A stretch of 64,000 nt of DNA, from the NCBI GenBank assembly GCA_048937405.1, contig JBHLNF010000001.1:656785-720784 (forward strand), written 5' to 3'. Made by a program: the position numbers and the translations under genes. Source of the DNA: Promethearchaeota archaeon. Its GTDB lineage: Archaea > Asgardarchaeota > Lokiarchaeia > Sigyniarchaeales > SOKP01. The notes under the pieces were generated by a model that saw only the letters and a program-made list of their open reading frames with translations, was not told the DNA's origin and did not search any database. Positions 39,777 through 50,336 of the stretch are shown one piece after another (position 1 is the first letter of the stretch; each line of letters opens with the position of its first letter).

Positions 39777-41513
39777 TTATTTATCCTCCTCCTTATTAAT
39801 TCCACCATTACGAGCTACCTCTTGTTGGATTTCTTCTGCAGGTTGGCCAGTTGTAGTATCAAATTCATTCTTTACTTTTGCTGTTAATTTCTTAGCGACT
39901 TGTTTCTCAATATGAGGTCTATGAAGCGTGTTCATAGTGCAAAAGGAACATTCTTTTACACTACCGTCAGGCATTGCAATACCGAAGTGTACAATGCATC
40001 TTTTTGTTCTTTCAATATCCATATTATAAGCATCTTGAAAGTGCATGCTTGAGAGTAAAAGCGCCCCATAACTAAATGAACTCACGCTCTCCCAATCTCC
40101 ACGCATCAAAAGCCTTGAAAACATTTCCATAAGCTTTCCTGGCTTTTTCATATATTGAAGCACTCCTAATAAGAATCTGGCTCTTAATTGAGTCTTATCC
40201 AAAAAGTTTAATCCTTTATCAAGTGTTTTTCCAAAATCTCCAAGTAAATCTTCAAAAACTCTAAGTTCCTTTTTTTCTTTGTGTTTAATTTTAGCCCAAA
40301 AGCGGTTTGCAAAATCAATTACCTTCAATGGATCAAAATAGTCCATAATAGGCATCATTTCACCAGTATCAGGATCTACTACCATATAACTTGCGAAACC
40401 ACAATCGGGATGACAAGTGAATTCAATAGGTTCAACATCAGCAAGATAAGCTATAACTCTGCCAAATTCCACGATAGTTGTTAGAGGATACCAAGCATTT
40501 TCCATGCTTATTTTACCTGCGGTTTGTTCTTCTATAATTTTAAGAACATCCGCATTAGTTATTCTTAAATCTTGTCTTTCTTCAAATGCAATTCGCCCAC
40601 ATAAAGATACGGGTTGAAAAGTTATTCCACGTACTACGTCCACATTATCAATAGCATATTGAATAATATTGCCTACTTCTATGTCTGTAACTCCTTTAGC
40701 AATAGTTGCCACTAATACTATAGAATCAAGTTTTGCTTTACGACAATTTTCTATTACTCTTTGTTTATATGTCATAAGATTTTTGATACCACGAGTTTTT
40801 TCATATGTTGCATCATTAATTCCATCAAATTGAAAATATAATGTATCTAAACCAGCTTCTTTTACCCTTTTTGTCCATTCAAGACCTCCATTCTTCTTCT
40901 GAAATCCATAACCATTTGTAGCCACAATAACTTCCTTAAAACCATTATCTTTTGCCATCTTGCAAATTTCAGGAAAATCTTTCCTAACCGTTGGTTCCCC
41001 ACCTGTAAACATGATAGCAACAGCTGGAATCGGTTTACTTCTAAAATGTTTCATTATTCTGTCAATTTCTTCCAAGGAAGGTTCAATTAAATAACCAGAC
41101 TTTTGTACATTTGCATAACAGAAATTACAATTAAAATTACAGCGATTTGTGAGATCTATCAAGGCTAATGAACAAGTTGAGAGGTGTTGTTCACATAATC
41201 CACAATTATAAGGACATCCTCTTGGATCTTCACCAATACAATCAGGAGGATTAGCATTACCATCTTTATCAAATTTCCATACAATATTTCCGTTTTTATC
41301 TTTTATTGCCCAGTGTGTCCATTTGTAATATTTAGCACTTGAACTAAGTTTATCCTTGAATTGACCATGTTCTTCACATGTCTTTTTCATCCAAATTTCA
41401 TCATTATCTTCATAAACTTCGGCACCGATTGGTTCTAAACATTCTGGACAAATACTCCGTGTTTTTCTATAGTATGGAACGTTTAAATATTCATCATCGT
41501 CTAAATGGTACAT
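39777..41513 (-). CDS. tes: Radical SAM tetraether lipid synthase (Tes / GDGT-MAS family)
   Basis: N-terminal TRSICPEC...KTCEEHG, CPYNCGLCEQH, CNFNCNFC, GGEPT, FQPVS, CHPDCG, MHFQDAYN, RCIVH, FCTMN. Confidence 0.88.
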   Translation of the reverse strand: MYHLDDDEYLNVPYYRKTRSICPECLEPIGAEVYEDNDEIWMKKTCEEHGQFKDKLSSSAKYYKWTHWAIKDKNGNIVWKFDKDGNANPPDCIGEDPRGCPYNCGLCEQHLSTCSLALIDLTNRCNFNCNFCYANVQKSGYLIEPSLEEIDRIMKHFRSKPIPAVAIMFTGGEPTVRKDFPEICKMAKDNGFKEVIVATNGYGFQKKNGGLEWTKRVKEAGLDTLYFQFDGINDATYEKTRGIKNLMTYKQRVIENCRKAKLDSIVLVATIAKGVTDIEVGNIIQYAIDNVDVVRGITFQPVSLCGRIAFEERQDLRITNADVLKIIEEQTAGKISMENAWYPLTTIVEFGRVIAYLADVEPIEFTCHPDCGFASYMVVDPDTGEMMPIMDYFDPLKVIDFANRFWAKIKHKEKKELRVFEDLLGDFGKTLDKGLNFLDKTQLRARFLLGVLQYMKKPGKLMEMFSRLLMRGDWESVSSFSYGALLLSSMHFQDAYNMDIERTKRCIVHFGIAMPDGSVKECSFCTMNTLHRPHIEKQVAKKLTAKVKNEFDTTTGQPAEEIQQEVARNGGINKEEDK

Positions 41514-41754
41514 ATTATCACATTATAAATTTTAGTTAAAAGATCATTTATACAAAAATTAATTTAATGATTTTTAAACATTATTCTACTTTTCCTACTT
41601 TTGATAATATTATTTGTGAATAAACTTAAAAATTAATCTTCCTCCTCTTATACTATTAATTTATTAAGATTTTCATTTCTGATGAAATAAAAATATAATG
41701 TTTATAACCAACAAAATAAACTAATATTTAGAGATAATTTTTAATGAGAAAAAG

Positions 41755-43140
41755 GTGAATAGTATGAATTCTGGTTTTGTAAATGATTTTAATATGATTC
41801 TCGCCACGGATTTTTATCAATTAACTATGGGTGCTGCTTATTATCAATATAATCTCGAGAAGAAAATTGATGAAGAAAATGATATTGCTACATTTGAGTT
41901 ATTTATAAGAAAATTTCCTAAAAATCGCAATTATCTGATTTTTGCGGGTTTAGAACAGGCAATTCAATATTTATTAAATGCTAGATTTACAGAGCGTATA
42001 ATACATTTCCTAAGAGAGAAAGAAGTTTTTAAAAATATTGATTCAAGTTTCTTTGAGGAGTACTTACCAAAGTTTAAATTTAATGTGGATGTATGGGCGA
42101 TGAAAGAAGGAAACTACTTCTTTCCAAACGAACCAATTTTGAGAATGCAAGGACCTATTTTTCATGTTCAGATTGCAGAAACATATTTACTTAATGTTAT
42201 TAATTTTCAAACGCTTGTTGCATCTAAAGCTTCGCGAATTAAAAGCTTAGCTCCTGATAAAGTCTTTCTTGAATTTGGAACAAGAAGGTCTCATAGCCCT
42301 CTTGCGGGAGTATATGCCGCAAGAGCAAGCTACATTGCGGGATTTAATGGTACTAGTAATGTTATTGCAGATTTAGAATTAGAAATTAATTCTACAGGTA
42401 CTATGGCTCATAGTTTTGTGCAAAAATTCGATGATGAGTTAGAAAGTTTTAAATCATATTATAAAATATATGATAAGGATTCAATCCTTCTCATAGATAC
42501 ATATGATACTGAAATTGGAGCGAAAAAATCATGCAAATTTGGAAATAATATTAAAGGAGTTAGAATTGATTCAGGAGATCTTATTGATCATGCAAAGAGA
42601 GTTCGGGAGATATTAGATAAAAATGGATGTGATAAAGTAATAATTGTAGCAAGTTCAGATTTAAATGAATATAAGATTAAAGAAATTATTGATAAAAATG
42701 CCCCTATCGATGCTTTTGGTGTAGGAACGGAATTAGCCACTTCTAGTGATGATCCAACAATCTCTGGCGTATATAAGATAATAGAATATAATAATATCCC
42801 TAAAATAAAGATTAGTGAAGAAAAAATTACATATCCTGGGAAAAAACAAGTGTATAGGATTTATGATAAGAAAGGGCTATTCAAAGAGGATATCCTATCC
42901 CTAGAAAATGAAACAATCCCATCTAATGCTGAACCACTGTTAATTCCAGTTATGAAAAATGGCAAACTTTTATCGAAATTACCGAATATAAATGAAATCC
43001 AAAAATTTTATTTATATAATATTAAGAAACTACCTGATTTCTATAAAAAGTTAGAGAAAATTGAAGTTCCTAAAGTAAAGATTTCTAAAAAATTACAACA
43101 ACTTACAAATACTTTAAAAATGAAATATCTTAAGAAATAG
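41755..43140 (+). CDS. pncB: Nicotinate phosphoribosyltransferase
   Basis: TDFYQLTM, EFGTRR, GTMAHS, LIDTYD, VRIDSGD, FGVGT. Confidence 0.95.
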   Translation: MNSMNSGFVNDFNMILATDFYQLTMGAAYYQYNLEKKIDEENDIATFELFIRKFPKNRNYLIFAGLEQAIQYLLNARFTERIIHFLREKEVFKNIDSSFFEEYLPKFKFNVDVWAMKEGNYFFPNEPILRMQGPIFHVQIAETYLLNVINFQTLVASKASRIKSLAPDKVFLEFGTRRSHSPLAGVYAARASYIAGFNGTSNVIADLELEINSTGTMAHSFVQKFDDELESFKSYYKIYDKDSILLIDTYDTEIGAKKSCKFGNNIKGVRIDSGDLIDHAKRVREILDKNGCDKVIIVASSDLNEYKIKEIIDKNAPIDAFGVGTELATSSDDPTISGVYKIIEYNNIPKIKISEEKITYPGKKQVYRIYDKKGLFKEDILSLENETIPSNAEPLLIPVMKNGKLLSKLPNINEIQKFYLYNIKKLPDFYKKLEKIEVPKVKISKKLQQLTNTLKMKYLKK

Positions 43141-43157
43141 TCTTTTATTGATTTAAA

Positions 43158-44039
43158 TTAGTTAATTTTAAGATTTACATTTGTCAATTTAAAACTAACA
43201 TCCCATAACTGTTCTGCTATGTTTTTATCATATGATATTTTAACAGATTTCGCTGTTTTTCTTCTTTTAAAGTATTGACCTGTTATTCCATCAATTTCAG
43301 GATTAGATGCTAAATAAACTGAAGTTTTAGCTCCGCGTTTAGGGCTTTTCATAAATAAACCAATTAATGGGTAAAAATATTTAACAAAAGATCGGAACTT
43401 ACGTACCATATTTGTTTTTATAATTCCCGGATGTAAACAATTCACTGTAACTCCAGTCTCCTTAATTTTTCTCGCAAATTCATATGTAAAGAGAACAATC
43501 GCTAATTTGGATTGCCTGTATGCTTTCATTTGCCTATAATGTCTTTCTCCATTTAAATCCTCAAAATTAATAGATTTAGCTTGATAACTTGATGTTACGT
43601 TTACTATTCTAGCTGGAGCACTATCTTTTAAAATATTAAACAATAAATTGCATAGCATATATTGAGCTAAATAATTTACAGCAAAGGTGGTTTCAATCCC
43701 ATCTATTGTTATTTTCCGTTTGCTAAGATTTACTCCTGCATTATTAATTAGTACGTGTAATTTATTATATCTACTTTTAAATTCTGATACAAGATTATGA
43801 ATCTTCCTTTGAGAAGATAAGTCTGCTAAGATCAAATCAATCAATTCATTCCCAGTTTTCTTTTTTATTTCAGCTATAGCTTTTTCTGCTCGGATTTGAT
43901 TACGACATACTAAAACTAATGTAGCACCTAGATGTGCTAATTCTATAGCTGTTGCTTTACCAATTCCCGAATTAGCTCCCGTAATCATGCAGATCTTTCC
44001 TTTCATGATTTTTGGTATACTTTTCATAGTTTTAGTCAT
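43158..44039 (-). CDS. SDR family oxidoreductase (retinol dehydrogenase-like)
   Basis: TGANSGIG, NNAG, YRQSK, LHPG. Confidence 0.92.
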   Translation of the reverse strand: MTKTMKSIPKIMKGKICMITGANSGIGKATAIELAHLGATLVLVCRNQIRAEKAIAEIKKKTGNELIDLILADLSSQRKIHNLVSEFKSRYNKLHVLINNAGVNLSKRKITIDGIETTFAVNYLAQYMLCNLLFNILKDSAPARIVNVTSSYQAKSINFEDLNGERHYRQMKAYRQSKLAIVLFTYEFARKIKETGVTVNCLHPGIIKTNMVRKFRSFVKYFYPLIGLFMKSPKRGAKTSVYLASNPEIDGITGQYFKRRKTAKSVKISYDKNIAEQLWDVSFKLTNVNLKIN

Positions 44040-44198
44040 TATTCATATCCCCAGTTAAATTTTCAAATCTTATTTCAAAGAAGAGGTCTATATTAGAATA
44101 TAAATTAGTATTAATAAAATCTCCTTCCTAACCCGGATTAATTATTTCATAAAGATAGTAAGTTAATCGTGAAGTGTCTTTGAAAAACTGGTAAGAAA

Positions 44199-45146
44199 CT
44201 ATATCCTTGAAATCTTTCGAACATTCTTTATTATAAATCCCCAATAATTATCTTTTACTAATTTTCCGCTGAAATTAATCAGATCTCCATTTTTAAAGAA
44301 ATATTCACTCTGAAGTCTTTCAGAAATTCTCACTTTTAAGTTTTCAACATTCTTAATATCCATTTCACTAAAATCACTTTTTTTTTTCAATTTTGGACCA
44401 AACTTCACATCTTTTAGCGAAACTATAAAAAATTTCGTAATATTTCCCTGAAATTCAGATTCTCTTTCAATAATCTCTGTGATTTCGCCTTCATACACTG
44501 TTATTGATGTCTCTAAATAACTCATGAGTTTCACACCTGATGATGATTCATCAATTAAAACTACAGCTTTCCTTAGTTTATCTCCTTTTTTCCCCGTATG
44601 ACCTTCAACTAATTTTATTGACTTAATTTTTTCTTCAAAATCATGAGGTAGAGTTGTTAGAGACCAATCTTTTTGTTTAAACCATTTTTGTTTTAATGAA
44701 TAAATAAATCCTACCCAAAAATGACTGCAGAACCCCCTATTTGCCCCTATTCGACAATCACAATCACGTTCAGGATTTTGAATATTTTGCGGAGTAATTG
44801 ATAAATAGGATTGAACTTCCCAATTAAAACCTTTGAAGAGCAATTCTATTTCATGATTATCAGGATTAACGATTTTTATTTCTTCAATAGTTTCTCTATC
44901 TTCCCCATTAATCTTTTTTAAAGCTAAATTAATACCATCAGTTATAATCTCAAGTTCTTTTATTTGTAAAAGATCTTTAAACTCTTCTTCTGCTAATGAA
45001 TCAAGGATAAAATCAATTAGCTCAGATTTCTTGAATTTTGAAAATCCTTTTATTTCAAAATTTCGGCAGATTTGTTTCAATTCATCAACATTTAAGTATT
45101 GTAAAAGAAAATTCAAGTAAGTTCTATCATCAATTTCTCTATTCAT
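44199..45146 (-). CDS. Protein with Rho-N/SAP-like, SWIM zinc finger and OB-like domains
   Basis: LNVDELKQIC..KGFSKFKKSELI; CDC...FCSH; C-terminal GDLINFSGKL. Confidence 0.7.
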   Translation of the reverse strand: MNREIDDRTYLNFLLQYLNVDELKQICRNFEIKGFSKFKKSELIDFILDSLAEEEFKDLLQIKELEIITDGINLALKKINGEDRETIEEIKIVNPDNHEIELLFKGFNWEVQSYLSITPQNIQNPERDCDCRIGANRGFCSHFWVGFIYSLKQKWFKQKDWSLTTLPHDFEEKIKSIKLVEGHTGKKGDKLRKAVVLIDESSSGVKLMSYLETSITVYEGEITEIIERESEFQGNITKFFIVSLKDVKFGPKLKKKSDFSEMDIKNVENLKVRISERLQSEYFFKNGDLINFSGKLVKDNYWGFIIKNVRKISRI

Positions 45147-45319
45147 TTAATTTTAAGCCTAAAAATTATAAATTGTGAAATTTCCAAGTATTAATTGAAT
45201 TTATTGCTTATAATTATAACTATTGCATAACAAGTTTTAGAATATTAGGACTCCGATTAAAAAAGTAAAATGTTCAAAATTGTCTATTTTAAATCAAAAG
45301 AAAAAAAGTCTTAAAATAT

Positions 45320-45934
45320 TTAATTTGACATAGTCCCTTTAACAAGAACTTCTGTTAAATTTTTAATAAGTTCTTCTTCTTCAACCTCAAAACCACTCCG
45401 AATCCACCAAATAAAAACTCCAAGTACTGTAGATGTCCAGATTCTTGCCGTTATTTTAGGATTTTGACTACGAGCGCCAAATTCTATCAGTCTTAATATA
45501 AGTTTTTCTACCTCATCTGTAAAATTGTCAAGAATCTCATTTCTTTTATCTCGATATTTCTGATCCATTCCTCCCATTTGCTCAAAAAAAATTAAAAAAC
45601 TCTCTTTTTTTTCTTTAAACATCTTTGCATACCCTCGAAAAAGATTTTTAACAGCAGAAATTGGGGGGAATCTATTTTCCTGAAAATAAATGAATAATTC
45701 TTTAAATTTATTAACCATAAGTTCAGTTAAGCCACTAATTATAACTTCGATAACCTCTTCTTTGCTTTTAAAATAATTATAGAAGTTTCCCACAGATGTT
45801 CCAGCCTTTTTTGTGATGTCTTTTATACGAGTATTGTGAAATCCTTTCTCTTCAAAAACAGAGAGAGACGAGATAATAAACAAATTTCTTTTCTCTTTTT
45901 TAATAATTTCTGCCTTCTTTGCTCTCAACGACAA
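45320..45934 (-). CDS. TetR/AcrR family transcriptional regulator
   Basis: F.EKGFHNTRIKDITKKAGTSVGNFYNYFKSKEE HTH. Confidence 0.92.
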   Translation of the reverse strand: MSLRAKKAEIIKKEKRNLFIISSLSVFEEKGFHNTRIKDITKKAGTSVGNFYNYFKSKEEVIEVIISGLTELMVNKFKELFIYFQENRFPPISAVKNLFRGYAKMFKEKKESFLIFFEQMGGMDQKYRDKRNEILDNFTDEVEKLILRLIEFGARSQNPKITARIWTSTVLGVFIWWIRSGFEVEEEELIKNLTEVLVKGTMSN

Positions 45935-46256
45935 TTTTAGTCAACTCAAAAATAATGAATTGTCAATATTATATCAAAATTCGTTTAAATTATTATTACA
46001 TGTAAGAAATTATGTTAAAATTTATTACTTATTAATTTTCAATTTAAAAAGATTTATTAAGCTTCTTAAAGCTCTGGAGTCCATTTCCTTTTATTAATTC
46101 ATAACTACCTATTAGATCTAAGAATAAAAATAAAATAAAAGAAATGGATAAAAATAAATTCTTTTAGAAACTGGTTTCGCGATTGAAATTATTAAATTAA
46201 CATAAATTTCATATCTTTTTTAATTAAATTCTTAAATAATTATGATAATAACTTAA

Positions 46257-46282
46257 TAAATGAACGTTCATTCAGTGAATGA
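46257..46282. promoter_or_regulatory. Palindromic operator (TetR-type)
   Basis: TAAATGAACGTTCATTCA (18 bp, one mismatch) overlapping TCATTCA-G-TGAATGA in the divergent TetR intergenic region. Confidence 0.55.
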
Positions 46283-46421
46283 GGATTCGGTAAAAACTAC
46301 TAATTTATCTCCATTGCAAGTGTAGGAAAAAATTTATATACTTACCTATCTTTAATAATCGAAATAATTATTTAATTAAAAAAACGTTTGAATAAAACAT
46401 AATAATGGTGACTTTACTAAA

Positions 46422-46634
46422 GTGAGTAAATTTAAACCAGACTTCTTAGTAAAATATTTTGGTGAAATTAAATTCGCTGAACAGAATAGTCTAACTTTAA
46501 ATGATTTCGAACTTGCATTAAAAAAATATCTTTCAGGGAAAGTTAAATTACCCCATGGACACTATAAATTCGGGGAAATTGATAATTCATCTGTAAAGGA
46601 TTTTAAACAATCATTTTTGAACTATTTTGAATAA
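46422..46634 (+). CDS. Small hypothetical protein (70 aa)
   Basis: GGTGA SD upstream of the GTG start. Confidence 0.6.
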   Translation: MSKFKPDFLVKYFGEIKFAEQNSLTLNDFELALKKYLSGKVKLPHGHYKFGEIDNSSVKDFKQSFLNYFE

Positions 46635-46747
46635 TAAAATTAATGAATTTTTAGATTACATTTTCTAATTATTATCTTATTTTATATTTATCCTTATTTT
46701 AATCCTATTTCATTAAATGTTAAATAATTCTCTACATTTTTGCATCT

Positions 46748-47584
46748 ATGACAAATTTGAATGGAATAGAAGAGAAATATATTGAAACTAATGGGATAAA
46801 ACTTCATACTATAATTGCTGGATTTGGAAAGCCGCTAATCTTATTACATGGATTTCCAGAATTCTGGTATTGTTGGTCAAGAATTATTCCTCTCCTAAAA
46901 GACAACTTTAAATTAATAATCCCTGATATGAGAGGGTATAATTTATCTGATAAACCAGAGGGTACAGAAAATTATAAAATAGAAATTATATTGGAGGATA
47001 TCAAGGGTTTAAGTGAAAAATTGAAATTAGGAAAATTTTCACTAGCAGGACATGATTGGGGAGGTGTAGTGTCTTGGATATTTGCCGAAAAATATCCAAA
47101 ACTTTTAGAAAAATTAATTATACTAAATGCTCCACACAATAAATTATTCGCACAAACTCTAAAAACAAATAAAGAGCAACAAAAACGAAGTTCTTATATT
47201 TTAAGATTTCAACAACAAAATGGTGAGAAGTATTTAATAGAAAATAACTACGAAGCATTAAAAAATATAGTCTTTAATGATAATTTTAGTGAATTAGATA
47301 AGCAGAAATATCTTGAAGCATGGTCTCAACCTGGAGCAATATTAGGTGGGGTGAACTATTATAGGGCAAAAAATAACAATAATGATTGGTCTGGAATAAT
47401 TGAAGTTCCAACCTTAGTTCTTTGGGGTATGAATGATTTGGCATTAACACCACAATTATTAGAAGGCTTATCTGATTATGTCAAGGATTTGCGAATTGAA
47501 AAACATGAAAAATCTACTCATTGGATTACTCATGACGCTCCTGAGTTTGTAGCTTCAAAAATTTTAGAATTCATCCAAAATTAA
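46748..47584 (+). CDS. Alpha/beta hydrolase, epoxide hydrolase-like
   Basis: LLHGFPE, PDMRGY, GHDWGG (Asp nucleophile), NYYRA, HW. Confidence 0.92.
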   Translation: MTNLNGIEEKYIETNGIKLHTIIAGFGKPLILLHGFPEFWYCWSRIIPLLKDNFKLIIPDMRGYNLSDKPEGTENYKIEIILEDIKGLSEKLKLGKFSLAGHDWGGVVSWIFAEKYPKLLEKLIILNAPHNKLFAQTLKTNKEQQKRSSYILRFQQQNGEKYLIENNYEALKNIVFNDNFSELDKQKYLEAWSQPGAILGGVNYYRAKNNNNDWSGIIEVPTLVLWGMNDLALTPQLLEGLSDYVKDLRIEKHEKSTHWITHDAPEFVASKILEFIQN

Positions 47585-47803
47585 ATTTTCTTATAAGGAT
47601 TTCCTCTATTTTATTATAAATAAATCTCAATTAATTATTTTTAAAATGAGCAAGAAATCTATGAATTACATTATTTCCTGAAAATTATATAATAAAATAA
47701 ATAAATTTATTAGGTTCTATTGTTGGTTACAAAATAGCAGTTTTTAAAAAAAGTTTATTTTATTCAATGCATTTTATCAATTAGCTAAAAAATTGTATTA
47801 AAA

Positions 47804-48271
47804 ATGGAAGAAGACGATAAACAATTCTGTTGGGCTACTAAACTTGATTGGTTAAATATTCTATCAATGCTTAATCTTGAAAGTATTAGTCAGATCCCTG
47901 AATTAAAAAAAGATAGAGCAATTAAAAGAATTACCAAATTCTACAGTACAGAAGAACTTCTGGAATTTGACCCGAGTTATTTGGATAAACTTGTCGTAAA
48001 TGAATTAAGAGAATTAATGAAAAAAGAATTACTTCAAAATGAGAGAGAAAAAGAAAGAATGGAAAAAGCATTTCGTAATAAAGTAATACCAATGAAGAGA
48101 GGGGGTATTATACGTATTGATCCTCGTGATTTTAAAGATCTTAAAGATTTTGAAGGTGACCCTGAGAAAATGATGAAGTACTTTTATAAAAAATTGTTGG
48201 GAAGTGATGATGATGACAAAGATGACGACAAGGATAAATACAAAGAAGATAATACTGGATATTATATATAA
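47804..48271 (+). CDS. Hypothetical protein with acidic tail ending in a HbYX-like motif
   Basis: Ends ...DDDDKDDDKDKYKEDNTGYYI. Confidence 0.75.
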   Translation: MEEDDKQFCWATKLDWLNILSMLNLESISQIPELKKDRAIKRITKFYSTEELLEFDPSYLDKLVVNELRELMKKELLQNEREKERMEKAFRNKVIPMKRGGIIRIDPRDFKDLKDFEGDPEKMMKYFYKKLLGSDDDDKDDDKDKYKEDNTGYYI

Positions 48272-48395
48272 ACTCTTTATTTAATTCTAAATTCATTCTT
48301 TCAATAAAAAATGTTTAAAAGAGTTTTATTTTTCAAATAATTATAGAGTTTTAATATCTAATATCATCTGAAAGATTATCATAACAATTGATCAA

Positions 48396-49586
48396 TTAAG
48401 CTAATATATAATTATCCAATGTTCTTAGCGTTTTCTCAAATTTTTGGTAAATATTAACATCTACAATAGGAAAGAGATTACACAATTTTATTCTTAAATC
48501 CTTTTCTTTTATAACACATGACTTTATAGGTTCTTTCCCTCGTAAAATCAAATACAATAATGGTTTTTGAGGAATTGATGAAAGAACTTCGTTACTTAGA
48601 CTTTTTAATGAAAGAGATAATTTATTAATTATAAATTTTTCAAGATCTTTCCTTTTTGTAAATTCATATGTAAGATAAACTGTTTCCCATATATATCTAC
48701 GATTTTTTAAATGGATTATTTTTACGTTTTTTACAAATTTTTCGGACTTTTTTGATATTTCTACTAAAAAGATCCCTCGCTTAAATGAATTATCGATAGA
48801 ACAGGTAGCTTCTGAAGATCCAGGGTTAAATATCCAATTCTCAAGTATAAATTGTTTATGAAAATGTCCCAAAGCTAAATAGTCTATACGATGTCTTAAT
48901 GGCTGAATATCTTTTAAATTGACTCCAGGAACATTATCCATCTGACCCTCGATGCCAAAATGCTGTAATAAAATGTTAAATGTCCCATTATTTTTGGCTA
49001 ACTCTCTTCTTATTTTAGAAAGAAAAGAAATAGGATTTTCACCGAGATATTGTGTACCATAAATCATTATATTCTTAATTTGTATCTTACCACCTTTTCG
49101 TATTTCAAAATTGTAGGGAATAAACATTTCTTTTGGGGATAAGTCAAAGTCAACATCTAGAAGAATAATCAACCCAAGACTATTAAGTAATTTTAACCAT
49201 GACTGACTTCTTTTCTCGAATCTAATTCCTCTGGAAAATTTGCGGATATCATGATTACCTTCTATTGATATTATTGGGATATTACCTTTTGTAAAAATTT
49301 GAAAGTCTCTCAAAATGTTAATTATTTTAGTCAATAATCCAGGAAGCATTTCTAAGGAAGTAAATACATCCCCCCCAAATATTATAAAATCAACATAATG
49401 TTCAATAGTTAGTTCTAAAATTTCTTTAAAAGCATTGAAGAAATCATTTGCTCTATCTTTATTTCGATATTGAGCTGCTCCTAGATGAATATCACTGGCA
49501 TGGATAAATTTAGTTATATCGGGGGTTTTAGTTCTTCGAAATATTGAACTCCTGAATTTTTTATTAAAATGGTTTTCATTTGTCAT
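48396..49586 (-). CDS. Mre11/SbcD-family metallophosphoesterase nuclease
   Basis: SDIHLG, GGDVF, GNHD, HF, ALGHFH, NPGS. Confidence 0.88.
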   Translation of the reverse strand: MTNENHFNKKFRSSIFRRTKTPDITKFIHASDIHLGAAQYRNKDRANDFFNAFKEILELTIEHYVDFIIFGGDVFTSLEMLPGLLTKIINILRDFQIFTKGNIPIISIEGNHDIRKFSRGIRFEKRSQSWLKLLNSLGLIILLDVDFDLSPKEMFIPYNFEIRKGGKIQIKNIMIYGTQYLGENPISFLSKIRRELAKNNGTFNILLQHFGIEGQMDNVPGVNLKDIQPLRHRIDYLALGHFHKQFILENWIFNPGSSEATCSIDNSFKRGIFLVEISKKSEKFVKNVKIIHLKNRRYIWETVYLTYEFTKRKDLEKFIINKLSLSLKSLSNEVLSSIPQKPLLYLILRGKEPIKSCVIKEKDLRIKLCNLFPIVDVNIYQKFEKTLRTLDNYILA

Positions 49587-49760
49587 TAAAAATAGAATTT
49601 TTATTAATTATAAGCAAATATAATTCTATATCGAAATCAGCTTTTTAAGTATGAGTAGTCATGTAAAAAAGTAATAAAAAATCATAATGATAAAAAATAA
49701 TATTATAATGGTTCTTGAATTATTCAACATACCATAATCTCTATGTGAATTAACTATAAA

Positions 49761-50336
49761 ATGGATAATAAAGAACCTAAATATGATATTGGTGTAATTC
49801 ATGGAAGATTCCAAATATTACATAATGATCACATAAAATATCTCTTAGCTGGAAAAGAATTATGTAATCATCTAATAGTAGGTATTACAAATCCAGATCC
49901 CTTCTTAACAAGAGACACCAAAACAAATCCCCATCGAAGCACTCCAATAGCTAACCCATTAACTTATTATGAACGCTATTTAATAGTGCAAGCTGCATTA
50001 TTAGAACAGGGTTTAAAATATTCTAAATTTTCAATAGTTCCTTTTCCCATTAATATTCCAGAATTGATTAAATATTATGTTCCATTCGATGGAGTCTTCT
50101 TTTTAACTATTTATGATGAGTGGGGTAGAAAAAAAAAACAATTCTTTGAATCTCTAGGATTAAAAATTCATGTTTTATGGGAAGTAAAAATTGAGAATAA
50201 AGGATTAAGCTCAAGTGATATTCGTAAAGCAATGATACGAGATGAAGATTGGGAACAATTTTTACCTCAATCCGTTACCAAACTCTTGAAAAAATGGGAA
50301 ATTCCAATTAGATTAAAAAAAATGAAAACACAATGA
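49761..50336 (+). CDS. Nicotinamide/nicotinate-nucleotide adenylyltransferase-like (NadM family)
   Basis: GRFQILHNDH, NPLTYYER, SSSDIR. Confidence 0.85.
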   Translation: MDNKEPKYDIGVIHGRFQILHNDHIKYLLAGKELCNHLIVGITNPDPFLTRDTKTNPHRSTPIANPLTYYERYLIVQAALLEQGLKYSKFSIVPFPINIPELIKYYVPFDGVFFLTIYDEWGRKKKQFFESLGLKIHVLWEVKIENKGLSSSDIRKAMIRDEDWEQFLPQSVTKLLKKWEIPIRLKKMKTQ

